NCBI GenBank assembly: GCA_964361585.1 | Contig: CAYIBB010000002.1 | Span: 1-51,672 of the forward strand | Length of the DNA: 51,672 bases | Origin: Candidatus Woesearchaeota archaeon | GTDB lineage: Archaea; Nanobdellota; Nanobdellia; Pacearchaeales; UBA12030 | Direction of reading: 5' to 3' | Part shown: one piece after another, positions 9,159 through 18,761 of the stretch | How positions within the stretch are numbered: position 1 is the stretch's first letter | Layout of the letters: every line of letters begins with the position of its first letter | Program-made: the position numbers and the translations under genes | Notes under the pieces: model-generated | What the model saw: the letters and a program-made list of their open reading frames with translations, nothing else | Database searches by the model: none | Told to the model about the DNA's origin: nothing

Positions 9159-11087
9159 ATGAAAAGAGGACAATTAAGCCTATTTGTAATTATAGCCCTC
9201 GTAATAATTATTGTAGCATCAGCTCTATTCCTTACTTTCTATTTCGGCCCTGTAAGCATTGAACAGATTCCCACAAAGTTCCGACCCTTTGAGGAGTCAT
9301 ATCTTTCCTGTCTCGAGAACTTGATTATGGATGGAGCTAAGACTCTTGGTCAGCAGGCAGGATATGTAAATGTTCCAGCTACCGAGCCAGGAAGTGAATT
9401 TATGCCTTTTGGAAATAATCTTAACTTTCTAGGCAGAGAGATTCCGTACTGGTATTATGTAAGTGCTAATAATCTTGAAGTTTCCAAAATTCCATCGATT
9501 GGCTTTATGAATTCTGAACTTGAAAGTTATGTTGAGGAAAATATTGGCAAATGCAACTCTGTTGTGTCAAATTTTGAGGAACAGGGCTTCGAGATAATTA
9601 CAGCAAGGAACGCAGTGGCAGATGTTAATGTCAAGGATGAGGAAATTTCTGTTTCTGTGAATTATCCAATAACTCTCACTTTAGGAGATACGAAGACGAG
9701 GATTAATTCCCATAATGTTAAACTTTTAGTTAGCTTAGGAAGGCTATATGAAATAGCTAAGAAAATCATGGAGACAGAAAATTCAGACATGTTTGTGGAA
9801 CAGCGCACTATTGACTTACTATCTCTTTATAATGAGTTACCTTCAACTAAGGTCACTTTAGAGTGTAATCCTCAAAGGTGGCAGTATAGTAAAGTTCAAG
9901 GTGCACTTAAGAATGTTATAGCAAATAATATTCAGTTTTTAAAGATAAAAGGTACAAATTATGCAAAGTCTGATAACTACTTTGAAATTCCCGTTGATAG
10001 TGTATCAGCTAGAGATGTAAATGTTAACTTTTTATTTATAGAGCAGCCATTCAAGTTAGAAATAACTCCTGAAAATCTTGAGGGTGAGAGCATCACTGAA
10101 CTAGCTCCTCAATTCCTTCGCAGCTTTTTGTGCCTTTCCTCTTACGATTTTGTGTATGATGTTTCGTATCCTGTTCTAGTTGTGCTACACGATGACAATA
10201 ATTTTGTATTTCAGTTTCCTTTTACTGCTGTAGTGGATAACAATCAGCCTCGCAAGAATCTTTTGGCTGAGGATTTTGGGCAGGTAGATGTGCCTCTTTG
10301 TGGACATAAACTTGCCTTCGGAAAAATATCAACTTACGAAGCTCAAGATGAAAATTTAGTCCCCCTTGAGGGTGTTGATGTAAGCTACAAGTGTATTAAC
10401 TCTATGTGTCATATTGGTCAGACTGAATTGCAGGGCACAGATGCAGTGCTTGAAAATACGCTTCCTCAATGCGTGAATGGCTTTATCATAGCTGAAAAGG
10501 ATGGCTACGCAAGAACAAAACAACAGATTTCTACCAATGTTGATAGTTTAGAAACACAACTTGTGCTTAATAAACTCAATAAGTTGGATGTTAATCTAAG
10601 AATTATTGATCTAAATGGAAATGAAAGAAGCCTTGGCAGTAATGAATTTGCTCTAGTATCTATAGTTGAAGAAGATCGAGAGTTTCAGCAAAGTTTGGTT
10701 TATCCTGAGGATAGTGAAATTGAACTCACAGGAGGACTTTATGAGGTTAAGATTCAGCTCTTTAAGGATCAAGTAACAACCTTTGAGCCACAGAAAATCG
10801 AAAATTGTATAAAAGTTCCAGCAAGTGGAATTTTAGGGATCTTTGGAGCAAAAGAAGAGCAGTGCAATACAGTAGAAATTCCAGCTCAGGAAGTTACTCA
10901 GATGCTTTTCGGTGGAACTTCCTTTAATTGGTTTGTTCAGAAAAGTGATATTGAGAATGCAAACAGAGTCACCCTCTACGCTATTGAGTATGATGTTCCT
11001 GGATTGGTGGATGATCTAAGTAAAATTTATCTTGAACTTGAAGTTAATTCGCAATACGATGTATTTAAGCAGCCAGAATTTAGCTAG
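9159..11087 (+). CDS. Large secreted/surface protein with a type IV pilin-like (class III) signal peptide
   Basis: N-terminus MKRGQ-LSLFVIIALVIIIVASALFL fits the archaeal prepilin-peptidase pattern [KR]-G-[Q]-[L] followed by a hydrophobic helix. The remaining 610 aa have no recognised domain. Lies 25 nt upstream of the giant ORF on the same strand. Confidence 0.7.
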   Translation: MKRGQLSLFVIIALVIIIVASALFLTFYFGPVSIEQIPTKFRPFEESYLSCLENLIMDGAKTLGQQAGYVNVPATEPGSEFMPFGNNLNFLGREIPYWYYVSANNLEVSKIPSIGFMNSELESYVEENIGKCNSVVSNFEEQGFEIITARNAVADVNVKDEEISVSVNYPITLTLGDTKTRINSHNVKLLVSLGRLYEIAKKIMETENSDMFVEQRTIDLLSLYNELPSTKVTLECNPQRWQYSKVQGALKNVIANNIQFLKIKGTNYAKSDNYFEIPVDSVSARDVNVNFLFIEQPFKLEITPENLEGESITELAPQFLRSFLCLSSYDFVYDVSYPVLVVLHDDNNFVFQFPFTAVVDNNQPRKNLLAEDFGQVDVPLCGHKLAFGKISTYEAQDENLVPLEGVDVSYKCINSMCHIGQTELQGTDAVLENTLPQCVNGFIIAEKDGYARTKQQISTNVDSLETQLVLNKLNKLDVNLRIIDLNGNERSLGSNEFALVSIVEEDREFQQSLVYPEDSEIELTGGLYEVKIQLFKDQVTTFEPQKIENCIKVPASGILGIFGAKEEQCNTVEIPAQEVTQMLFGGTSFNWFVQKSDIENANRVTLYAIEYDVPGLVDDLSKIYLELEVNSQYDVFKQPEFS

Positions 11088-11112
11088 GAAATTTTAATAT
11101 CTAAACGAAAAG

Positions 11113-14100
11113 ATGAATAAAAGAGGAATTAAAATTGTAGAGAAGTTTATTGCAATCTTCTTAATTTTACTTTTAGTAACATCTTCTATAATATATATCC
11201 CTTCATCAACTGCGCAGCAGCAAACGCAGAATGTTAATAATGTCCCTACAGAATTTCCTACAACTACAGTAGTTACCGCAACTCCTTCAGGACCTGTAAT
11301 AACTACTGACTTTATTCCGGCTCAGTTCATTAATGCCTCGCAAGACTTTCTAGTCTTTGTGGACGATTACGAGCCGAAAGTTGTTCGTAGTGACCTTTTG
11401 GAGGAACAGTCAGTTCCAGTTTATGCGAAACTCAGGCTTTTGAATTCAAATCCTCTTATCGAACCAATAATAAGAGATGTGAATGTAAGGCAAACTGAAT
11501 TCAACAATTTTGTTGCTGGAGTAGGACATTTGGATCCACCCGGAAGAAAATTTACTACTGATAATGTTGGTTATGCTATCATTTTCTTGCGAGGAGGGCT
11601 TCCAGAGAAGGAAATTCCCGACAAATTAGACATAAAGGCACAGGCTGACATTATTTATGATTATCAATTCACTCCAGGAGTAAGGCGCGAAGACTTTGTG
11701 CTTGTTCCTTTAAGTGATGATGACTTCGAGGCATTGCAGTTAGAGCATTCCTTTTGGAATAGAGCAGGCTATATTCGAGTAATGGAAGTAAGGGAGAGTT
11801 CTGCTCGTGTTCAAGTTTATGATGGCCTCCGTAATGTGATTGGCAGTTTCGACTTGACCTTACAGCGACCTCAGAGTGCTCCCTTTAAAGCCACAAGGAC
11901 TGCATTCACAACACATGCTGCAACTGGATTTGCAGTAGTACAACTTAATAATATTGAGTTCCCTCAGACAAGAGCAAAGCTGCTAGTAAATGTTAATGGT
12001 CATGAACAAGTTAGAGAAGTTGCAAAAGGCGCAGCTATTTATGAAGGCTCACAATGGTTTGTTGAGGACATTTTCATTATAGATGAGATTAGAGGAACTG
12101 GCTCAGTAGTCTTGAGGAAGAAAGGTACTCCTGAAAGTGTAACTTTGGAATTGAGTAGTCTAGAGGAGGAGAAGAAAGAGGAAGCAAAGAAACTTGCAGC
12201 TCCGATTGAAATTGCGACTAATAAGATAATAGCTTTAGCAAGAGATGAAAGTAAATACATGGGTAAGCCTTACATATGGGGTGGTGAAGCTCTAGAAGAA
12301 GGAGGCTTTGACTGCAGCGGTTTAGTTTATGCTATTTATAACGAATTAGGATTAATTAAAGATAGGCTAACTGCACATGCTTATTACAATTTGTTTAAAC
12401 CTAATGGTCCTGGACTTGACTCAAGTAAATGGAAATCAGGAGATGTTTGCTTTTTTGATTGGGGAAAAGATGGCAAAATAGATCATGCTGCAATTTACAG
12501 TGGATTTCGGAATGGGAATCATTGGGTAATTGATGCCTCTTCAACCCAAAGGCCTGTTAGTGAAAGACCCGGAGTAATAGAAGGCGCAATATCCGAAAAT
12601 AAATTCAAAGGCTGCTTTCGAGTTCCTGGAGCTGAGAAGTATCAGAGTCAAAGTTCACAACCAAACACAAATTCCCCCTCCCCCTCAACCGCATTACCAT
12701 TACCACCAATAGCAACAGCTGCAATTCTTGTTGATGCTCCAGGGAGTGAAGTGCAAGATTCACTTAAGCAAAAGCCAGAATCATGGCCTCAGGGATTTTC
12801 ACTTGAAAAGACAACATTTGATGGAATAAATTATTACAGGGCTTTCATCTCTCAAGAAGAAAGTGAAATTAAAACTTACATTTACAAATCTGAGGATTTT
12901 TCTGTTGGCAAGTCCTTTAAGGTAATTTTAAGGAAGGAAGGATTTTCTGGAAGCGTAACTCTTGTTGGCAGTAAAACTGAAGGTTATACCCAACTTGTGT
13001 TGTTTGATGTAGTAGGCAGAGAGGAAGGCAGGAAGCCAATCAGCATTTCATACGACTCCGTATTCTCTAACACTTACACAATAAATGATGCAATTAATGA
13101 GGCATTGAAGATAAGAGGGGCTGAGAGAGTGGAGATTCCGGCAACTGCGCAGGAGGCTTATAATGAAGCAGTCTCAGCATATTGGGAAGTTGTGAATACT
13201 TTTCCATTCCTAGAGATAGAGGATGAGCAGGACAAGGCCACCCATCAATTTTGGGCAGTAAAAGCACTTCGAGGAATCGTAAGCTTAAGCGATCACTTTA
13301 TACAGCAAAGCTTGAATGTACAAAGGGCTAAGGATGAAAAGATAAGGGCTCTTACTTACTTGAAGGAAAATTATGCGGAACAATTTACAAGAGAAGATGA
13401 GCAGGAACTTAATAGACTCTTTAATTATGATGTGAGTAAGGCCACAGATTCTTTGCTTGAAGATTCCAATACTATAGTGGTATCATTACAGAAAATTAAT
13501 TTCCCAAAAAATAAATTTACTGAATTCTCTCTTGATGGTACTTACTCTGGGGATATATTTTCAGTAGGTAAGCTTTTTGAAGGTTCTGAGTTAGGAGCCT
13601 TGAGTAGTGTAGAAATTTCTGACATTTCAGCTAATCAAGTTACCTTCAACATAGGAAGTGCTCCTAAAACTTTAGGAATCGGCCAGCAAGAAACTTTCGG
13701 GGGAATTACATTCAAGTTAATTGATACGCCAGAGACCGAAGAAATAACAACGACAGAAGGAGAAAGAACTACCTCAAAAGTCAGAAAAGCAAAACTTGAG
13801 ATTTCAATCTCAAATTCACGCGCAAAACTAAAGGAAAATGATTACTTTCTTGGCTGGAAAGTGGATAGCATTAATCCTGACACTGTGATTTTGAAAAAGG
13901 AACAATCCACTAAGTTCTTGCGCAAGGGAATCAACAAAGTTGCATTTCCTCCATCTCTTGATATTACTGTACTTAATTTGAATATTCCCCGTGAAGTAAG
14001 CTTAAGTGTGGTTCCATACACTATTGGAGGCCGTTCTACAGTTTCATTCGATCTACATGTTGCTGTCGAGAAAAGGCTTATTAAAATAGGACCTAAGGCT

Positions 14101-17100
14101 GCGGCAGAACAGGCAAACAAAACTAGAGAAATTTCAGCGCAGATAAAGAAAATCACTGACAGTTTAGGCAATTCTATTGAGACTGGAAAACAAGCATGCT
14201 TTGCAACTTATTCTGCCCTTCTTCTAAAAAACTTTGTACAGAGCTATAAGGGAGAAGCTGTTGCAAGAAAGCGAGTTATGGATTCATTCAAAGATGAATG
14301 CAAAGACAAAGTAGGATTTAACAAACAGTATAATAATTATCATGAATGCTTCCTTGCGCAGGAAAATGAGATTGAGCGTGCAGTTGGAGATATGCAAAAG
14401 GCTATTGATAAGACTGATGCATTGTTGAAGGAAGTGACTGTAAAGAAAGAAGACATCACTGAAGTTGATCCTAATAAATTGAAAGAAGTTCTAAAGAGAG
14501 AATTCCCGAATGTTGATATTGATGAACAAATAAACACTATTTCAAGGTATGAGGAAAAAGCAGGCCATGAAATCTTGTTGCCAAGTGAAGTTAAGGAATT
14601 GGTATTTACACTTTCTGCAAATAAGGAATTTTCTGATGAGAAAGATGGAAGTGTGTTGCGAGAAGATTACAAAGTAAGGACTGATAATAAGGTTAATTTC
14701 TATAATGAAAATGCAGAGGAATTTACTAAAGTACTTGCAGAGTACGAAGAATTTAAACAGAAACTTAAAGATCAGAGCATAAGTCCAGACATGTCTGATC
14801 CAGAGCTACTCAATTATTTCCTTGAGATTAGGCAGCAGCAAGGAACACTTTATGCTCCTCAAGCTATAACATCAGGAGGAAAAACTTACGTCTACGTGTA
14901 TCAAACTAAAGAATGGAAAGAGGCAGAGCGAGAAGGTAATACATTAACTTATACGATAGAAAAAGATGAAAAGAAGGAAAAAATTACAATTCCAATTAAA
15001 ACCTCGTGTGTTGATCAAAAAGAAGGATATCAGATTCAGTATTATGGTTCAGGAAGTAATAGTGGATTGCCTGCAGTAGTTCCATTTCCCATTGAAAGTG
15101 GAGAAGGGTACATTAAAGTTAACAAGTATGATAGCAGCGGGAAGCCTCTCGAGACTTTATTGCATGTTCCTATAGCAGGAGATTGTCAGAACATTTTTTA
15201 CAGAGCAGGTCAAGATATTCCTTCTGTATGGAAGAACTCCATAGATAAAGGACTTGAGGCAGTAAGAATTGCTACTCTTGTTCAGATGAAAGAAGCAGGA
15301 AGAAAGGCTTTCATCTTTGGCAAGGCATATCCCATAGGAAGGCAGATTGTGGAAGCTCCTTCTGCTCAATGTGAGGATTTCATGTCTATAAGCGACTGCG
15401 AAATTCTTTTTCAAGTATGCGATCCTGTAATGTGTCCTAGTTCAAGATGTAACTTTGGAGGAAGATGGCAGGTTTCAGATGTTGTGCAGACAGGAGTTAT
15501 AGGCAGTATCGCATTATGTGCTCCAAACTTCCCACATCCAGTACTTCCTGTATGTTTACCAGGGGTTAGGGCAGGGCTTCTTAATTATGCGAGCATTTTA
15601 GATGCGTATGCCCAGTGCCTTGATGAATCTCGTACCTCAGGAAAAACCACAGGAATTTGTGATCAAATCCGCTCCATTTATACCTGCGAGTTTATATGGC
15701 GAGAGGGAATGGCAATTGCAAATGCAGAAGGAGGACTTTTCGATATACTTTCAAGAACCTTATTCGGAGCCCAAAAAGGAGGCGGCGAGTATCTTGCATT
15801 CAAAGAAAACTTTGACAGAGTGGGAGAAAGTGTGAAATTCTTTACTTCCCAATATGCTGCAACTGCCTTCCAAGCATTCAGAGCAAGAAGCGGGGAAGAA
15901 GTTGGAAGTTTCATTTGCAAGGCTGCATTCTTCGGCAGACTTCCAGGAATAAGTGGAGTGTTTGAAGACCTAAGTAAGCCAGAAAGCCCTCCTCAGTTTT
16001 ATGGCTTCTTCGAGGAAATTCAACATTCAAGTGTAAGCACTCTTGGAGTATCTACTTTGTCAGCACCTCAATCTCAGTATAAGGTATTCTTTCACATTTT
16101 CGCAGGGGAAAATAAAGGAGTCTTCTACCGAGTTTACTTAACAGATCCTGTGCCTGTTCCAGGATTCTTTACAGCGCCTATATTAATAATTCCTCGTCCT
16201 GAGACGCAGGGCTTTATTCCTGCAAATCAGTTTAAAGACGAAACTCTCGATTTCCTCGCAACTTCAGGATACAGACAGCTCTGTGTAGAAATTGATGGAG
16301 TTCCTTACTGTGGCTTTAAGCAAACAACTTCTGATTTCCTTGTGAACTTTCTTAATGACAAGTACTTGAATGAACAGCTTAGTAAGAAAGTGACTAGTGC
16401 GCAGGAATGCATTTCTGGATCAAGCAGCCTACTTCCTTTGATTCCAGGAACTAATTTTGGATTGAGTGCAGGAGCTACAGAGAGCATCGAAGGAGGTGTG
16501 TTGCGAAGAGGTATTACTCGTGTGTGCAGCGAGGAAAATCCCGGTAAGGGAACAAACCCTGAAAGATGGGCTCAAGCGGGGAGTTGTGGAAAGGTCCAGA
16601 ATAAAGAACTTACATGTTGGCTTGATACCTCATCTGTAAAGGGAGCCATCACAGATCTCAAGTTTGAAACTGCAGTATTGCAAGATGCACAACAATTCAA
16701 CACGAAGTTCCTAGAGGAAGAGGGATTTTTCACTCCTGAAAAAACTGAAAGCGAGATTGAGAATTTGAGAGGCTTATTGCAGAATGCTAAAAGAAATGAG
16801 AATGCAGTTCTCAAGGGAGAATTCAAGCCAAGTTCTGCACAGGAAAGTTACCGAGAAGTTTTAGGAGCTTCACAAGTTCTTTTCGAGAAGACTTTAAATC
16901 CAGAGGCAAAGGCTGAAGCTAAGCTGACAGTAGCAGATGCAAATGCAGGCATAGCAAGAATTGTGCTTCAGGAGCAGATTATTGCTTACAAACAAAAGTT
17001 AAGAGAAAGAGTAGAGCAGGAAGCTGCAAGCCAATCCACACAGACAACTCCCCCTCAACCAACAACAACTCCTTCGATCCCCGCCACACCGACTACACCA

Positions 17101-17871
17101 ACTCCAACTCAACCAACACCAAGTGAAGAAATTGTGGAAAAGCAGATAGGAAATGTGCGGGCGGGAGATACTTTTAAGGTAGGACAATTTGACTTTAAAT
17201 TAATAAGAATGGAACAAGAGGTAAAGGATAATTTAGCCACCAATGAATTTGCTGCTGTTTTAGAAGTGGAATTTAATGGAGAATTATTAAGATGTTACGA
17301 TACACCAATTCCTCAGTTTGGTGCATTAAGGCTTAAAAGTGATGGTACTATAGATTATGGGTTAAATAAAAATATAGATCCAGAATGTAAAGACATAAGT
17401 TTCAAAGATGTTAGAAATACCCAATTTGCAATTGCTACTGCAGTCGTAACAGTTAAAATTTCTAAGGAAAATGAAATATCTAGTGGTAGCAAAATTAAAT
17501 TTGATAGTGATACAGATGAAGAATTTACTGTAAGAATGGGTAGTAAATACTTTATAATCAAATTCAAAGGATTTGATAATAAGAGACATCCTGATTTAGG
17601 ACGAGATGTTGGTGTTGCTATGCTCGAATTAAGAAGAGGAACTACTGCAGGAATTCAATATCTTGATTGCTGGAAAGGCCAAGGCATTGAAAGAAATGTT
17701 GTAGTATCAGCTGTTCCAACTTCTTCAACATATTTTGGAGATACTATATGGCAAGGATCAATTCCTAATTTTGATGGGATTGATCAAGCATTTTGTAGCG
17801 AAATATCCTTTGAGGACATCAAAGTTAATCTGAATGAGAATTCTATTGAAGCCACTATAGATCTAAAGTAA
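11113..17871 (+). CDS. Giant (2,252 aa) secreted multidomain protein with an NlpC/P60 domain
   Basis: Uninterrupted 6.76-kb ORF in a stop-rich AT-rich genome. It has an N-terminal signal-anchor (FIAIFLILLLVTSSIIY), an NlpC/P60 domain (aa ~365-505), Pro/Ser/Thr linkers (aa ~511-532 and ~1975-2005), a Cys-rich block (>=20 Cys, nt ~15000-16630) and two related C-terminal modules. Confidence 0.9.
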   Translation: MNKRGIKIVEKFIAIFLILLLVTSSIIYIPSSTAQQQTQNVNNVPTEFPTTTVVTATPSGPVITTDFIPAQFINASQDFLVFVDDYEPKVVRSDLLEEQSVPVYAKLRLLNSNPLIEPIIRDVNVRQTEFNNFVAGVGHLDPPGRKFTTDNVGYAIIFLRGGLPEKEIPDKLDIKAQADIIYDYQFTPGVRREDFVLVPLSDDDFEALQLEHSFWNRAGYIRVMEVRESSARVQVYDGLRNVIGSFDLTLQRPQSAPFKATRTAFTTHAATGFAVVQLNNIEFPQTRAKLLVNVNGHEQVREVAKGAAIYEGSQWFVEDIFIIDEIRGTGSVVLRKKGTPESVTLELSSLEEEKKEEAKKLAAPIEIATNKIIALARDESKYMGKPYIWGGEALEEGGFDCSGLVYAIYNELGLIKDRLTAHAYYNLFKPNGPGLDSSKWKSGDVCFFDWGKDGKIDHAAIYSGFRNGNHWVIDASSTQRPVSERPGVIEGAISENKFKGCFRVPGAEKYQSQSSQPNTNSPSPSTALPLPPIATAAILVDAPGSEVQDSLKQKPESWPQGFSLEKTTFDGINYYRAFISQEESEIKTYIYKSEDFSVGKSFKVILRKEGFSGSVTLVGSKTEGYTQLVLFDVVGREEGRKPISISYDSVFSNTYTINDAINEALKIRGAERVEIPATAQEAYNEAVSAYWEVVNTFPFLEIEDEQDKATHQFWAVKALRGIVSLSDHFIQQSLNVQRAKDEKIRALTYLKENYAEQFTREDEQELNRLFNYDVSKATDSLLEDSNTIVVSLQKINFPKNKFTEFSLDGTYSGDIFSVGKLFEGSELGALSSVEISDISANQVTFNIGSAPKTLGIGQQETFGGITFKLIDTPETEEITTTEGERTTSKVRKAKLEISISNSRAKLKENDYFLGWKVDSINPDTVILKKEQSTKFLRKGINKVAFPPSLDITVLNLNIPREVSLSVVPYTIGGRSTVSFDLHVAVEKRLIKIGPKAAAEQANKTREISAQIKKITDSLGNSIETGKQACFATYSALLLKNFVQSYKGEAVARKRVMDSFKDECKDKVGFNKQYNNYHECFLAQENEIERAVGDMQKAIDKTDALLKEVTVKKEDITEVDPNKLKEVLKREFPNVDIDEQINTISRYEEKAGHEILLPSEVKELVFTLSANKEFSDEKDGSVLREDYKVRTDNKVNFYNENAEEFTKVLAEYEEFKQKLKDQSISPDMSDPELLNYFLEIRQQQGTLYAPQAITSGGKTYVYVYQTKEWKEAEREGNTLTYTIEKDEKKEKITIPIKTSCVDQKEGYQIQYYGSGSNSGLPAVVPFPIESGEGYIKVNKYDSSGKPLETLLHVPIAGDCQNIFYRAGQDIPSVWKNSIDKGLEAVRIATLVQMKEAGRKAFIFGKAYPIGRQIVEAPSAQCEDFMSISDCEILFQVCDPVMCPSSRCNFGGRWQVSDVVQTGVIGSIALCAPNFPHPVLPVCLPGVRAGLLNYASILDAYAQCLDESRTSGKTTGICDQIRSIYTCEFIWREGMAIANAEGGLFDILSRTLFGAQKGGGEYLAFKENFDRVGESVKFFTSQYAATAFQAFRARSGEEVGSFICKAAFFGRLPGISGVFEDLSKPESPPQFYGFFEEIQHSSVSTLGVSTLSAPQSQYKVFFHIFAGENKGVFYRVYLTDPVPVPGFFTAPILIIPRPETQGFIPANQFKDETLDFLATSGYRQLCVEIDGVPYCGFKQTTSDFLVNFLNDKYLNEQLSKKVTSAQECISGSSSLLPLIPGTNFGLSAGATESIEGGVLRRGITRVCSEENPGKGTNPERWAQAGSCGKVQNKELTCWLDTSSVKGAITDLKFETAVLQDAQQFNTKFLEEEGFFTPEKTESEIENLRGLLQNAKRNENAVLKGEFKPSSAQESYREVLGASQVLFEKTLNPEAKAEAKLTVADANAGIARIVLQEQIIAYKQKLRERVEQEAASQSTQTTPPQPTTTPSIPATPTTPTPTQPTPSEEIVEKQIGNVRAGDTFKVGQFDFKLIRMEQEVKDNLATNEFAAVLEVEFNGELLRCYDTPIPQFGALRLKSDGTIDYGLNKNIDPECKDISFKDVRNTQFAIATAVVTVKISKENEISSGSKIKFDSDTDEEFTVRMGSKYFIIKFKGFDNKRHPDLGRDVGVAMLELRRGTTAGIQYLDCWKGQGIERNVVVSAVPTSSTYFGDTIWQGSIPNFDGIDQAFCSEISFEDIKVNLNENSIEATIDLK
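12205..12627 (+). other. NlpC/P60 papain-like hydrolase domain inside the giant ORF
   Basis: GKPYIWGGEALEEGGFDCSGLVYAIY (Cys401, nt 12313-12315), ...GKIDHAAIYSG (His458, nt 12484-12486) and ...GNHWVIDAS (His470): the canonical Cys-His-His arrangement and spacing. Confidence 0.8.
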
Positions 17872-17900
17872 TAGTAAAATAATGCAGGGAGCAGAGAATC

Positions 17901-18401
17901 TTAAGCCCTTTCTAGTTCTTCAATAAGCTGTATATAAAGTTCTTGAGAAATTCTAAAGCCAAAGAGGAGTAATTTATTTATTAATTCTAATGCTTCTTTT
18001 TTATTTATTAAACTTTTTCTATATGCTATCAAAATCACATAAAGTGTACCTTTAACATTAAAACCAAAACTTTCAGCAATTGCTCTAGCAGAAGCATCAT
18101 CAACAAGAACAAGGGAGGGCTTTAGTTTTTTTGCTAAACTTATTAAAGCTACTTCTCCTAAATCTAATTCAGGAACAAATTTTTCTAATTCTTTGTCTTT
18201 TTCAACAGATTTTATTTTAATCCAACCTTTCTTTATTGCTTCTTCAATAACAAGAGCATCAGCAAATTTTTCTTCTTTCCCTTTTAAAATTTCTTTACAA
18301 ACCTCTTCTGGAATAAGAATAGAAGTGAAAAGTTTCTTTAATAGTCCTAGTCTACCGAGTTTAGATAAATAAATTAAAGGACTTGCATTTGAGATTATCA
18401 T
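17901..18401 (-). CDS. PIN-domain protein (DUF3368/COG2405-type putative toxin)
   Basis: N-terminus IISNASPLIYLSKLGRLGLLKKLF..ILIPEEV and downstream LVDDASAR match the COG2405 PIN-like pattern. Starts 1 nt after the UPF0175 gene. Confidence 0.7.
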   Translation of the reverse strand: MIISNASPLIYLSKLGRLGLLKKLFTSILIPEEVCKEILKGKEEKFADALVIEEAIKKGWIKIKSVEKDKELEKFVPELDLGEVALISLAKKLKPSLVLVDDASARAIAESFGFNVKGTLYVILIAYRKSLINKKEALELINKLLLFGFRISQELYIQLIEELERA

Positions 18402-18402
18402 A

Positions 18403-18705
18403 TCATGCTAAGGCCTTCAAATCCTCTTTTAACTCCTTTTGGCCATATTGTGCAGGCACTTTTCTCTCTCTTATAATTTCCATCATCTTCCAAAGGGATA
18501 TACCAGCAAGTCTTGCAGCCTTCCATAATGTGGTTTTTCCCTCTTTATAGAGCTTAATTGCTTCTTCAATCTTTTTTTCTTTTATACCTAAAACCAATAG
18601 TTCTCTCATAATCTTAGACTTGTCTTTACCCTCAACTTCTGAGAGTTTTTTTATTTCCATATCAACTTCTAAAGGTAACCTAAAGGTCATCAACTTCCCT
18701 TTCAT
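18403..18705 (-). CDS. UPF0175-family (COG2886) putative antitoxin
   Basis: 100 aa with the UPF0175 C-terminal HTH-like motif LYKEGKTTLWKAARLAGISLWKMMEIIRERKVP. Paired with the PIN gene. Confidence 0.7.
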   Translation of the reverse strand: MKGKLMTFRLPLEVDMEIKKLSEVEGKDKSKIMRELLVLGIKEKKIEEAIKLYKEGKTTLWKAARLAGISLWKMMEIIRERKVPAQYGQKELKEDLKALA

Positions 18706-18761
18706 TTTTCTTTTAATATTACAAAATATATAAAATGTAATATATTTAAACTTTTTGTTAA

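Noticed and set aside
12643-12708. Repetitive C/A-rich DNA, also at 17035-17125, considered as a tandem repeat or CRISPR-like element.
   Set aside because: These are in-frame Pro/Ser/Thr linker-coding low-complexity segments of the giant ORF, with no repeat-spacer periodicity.
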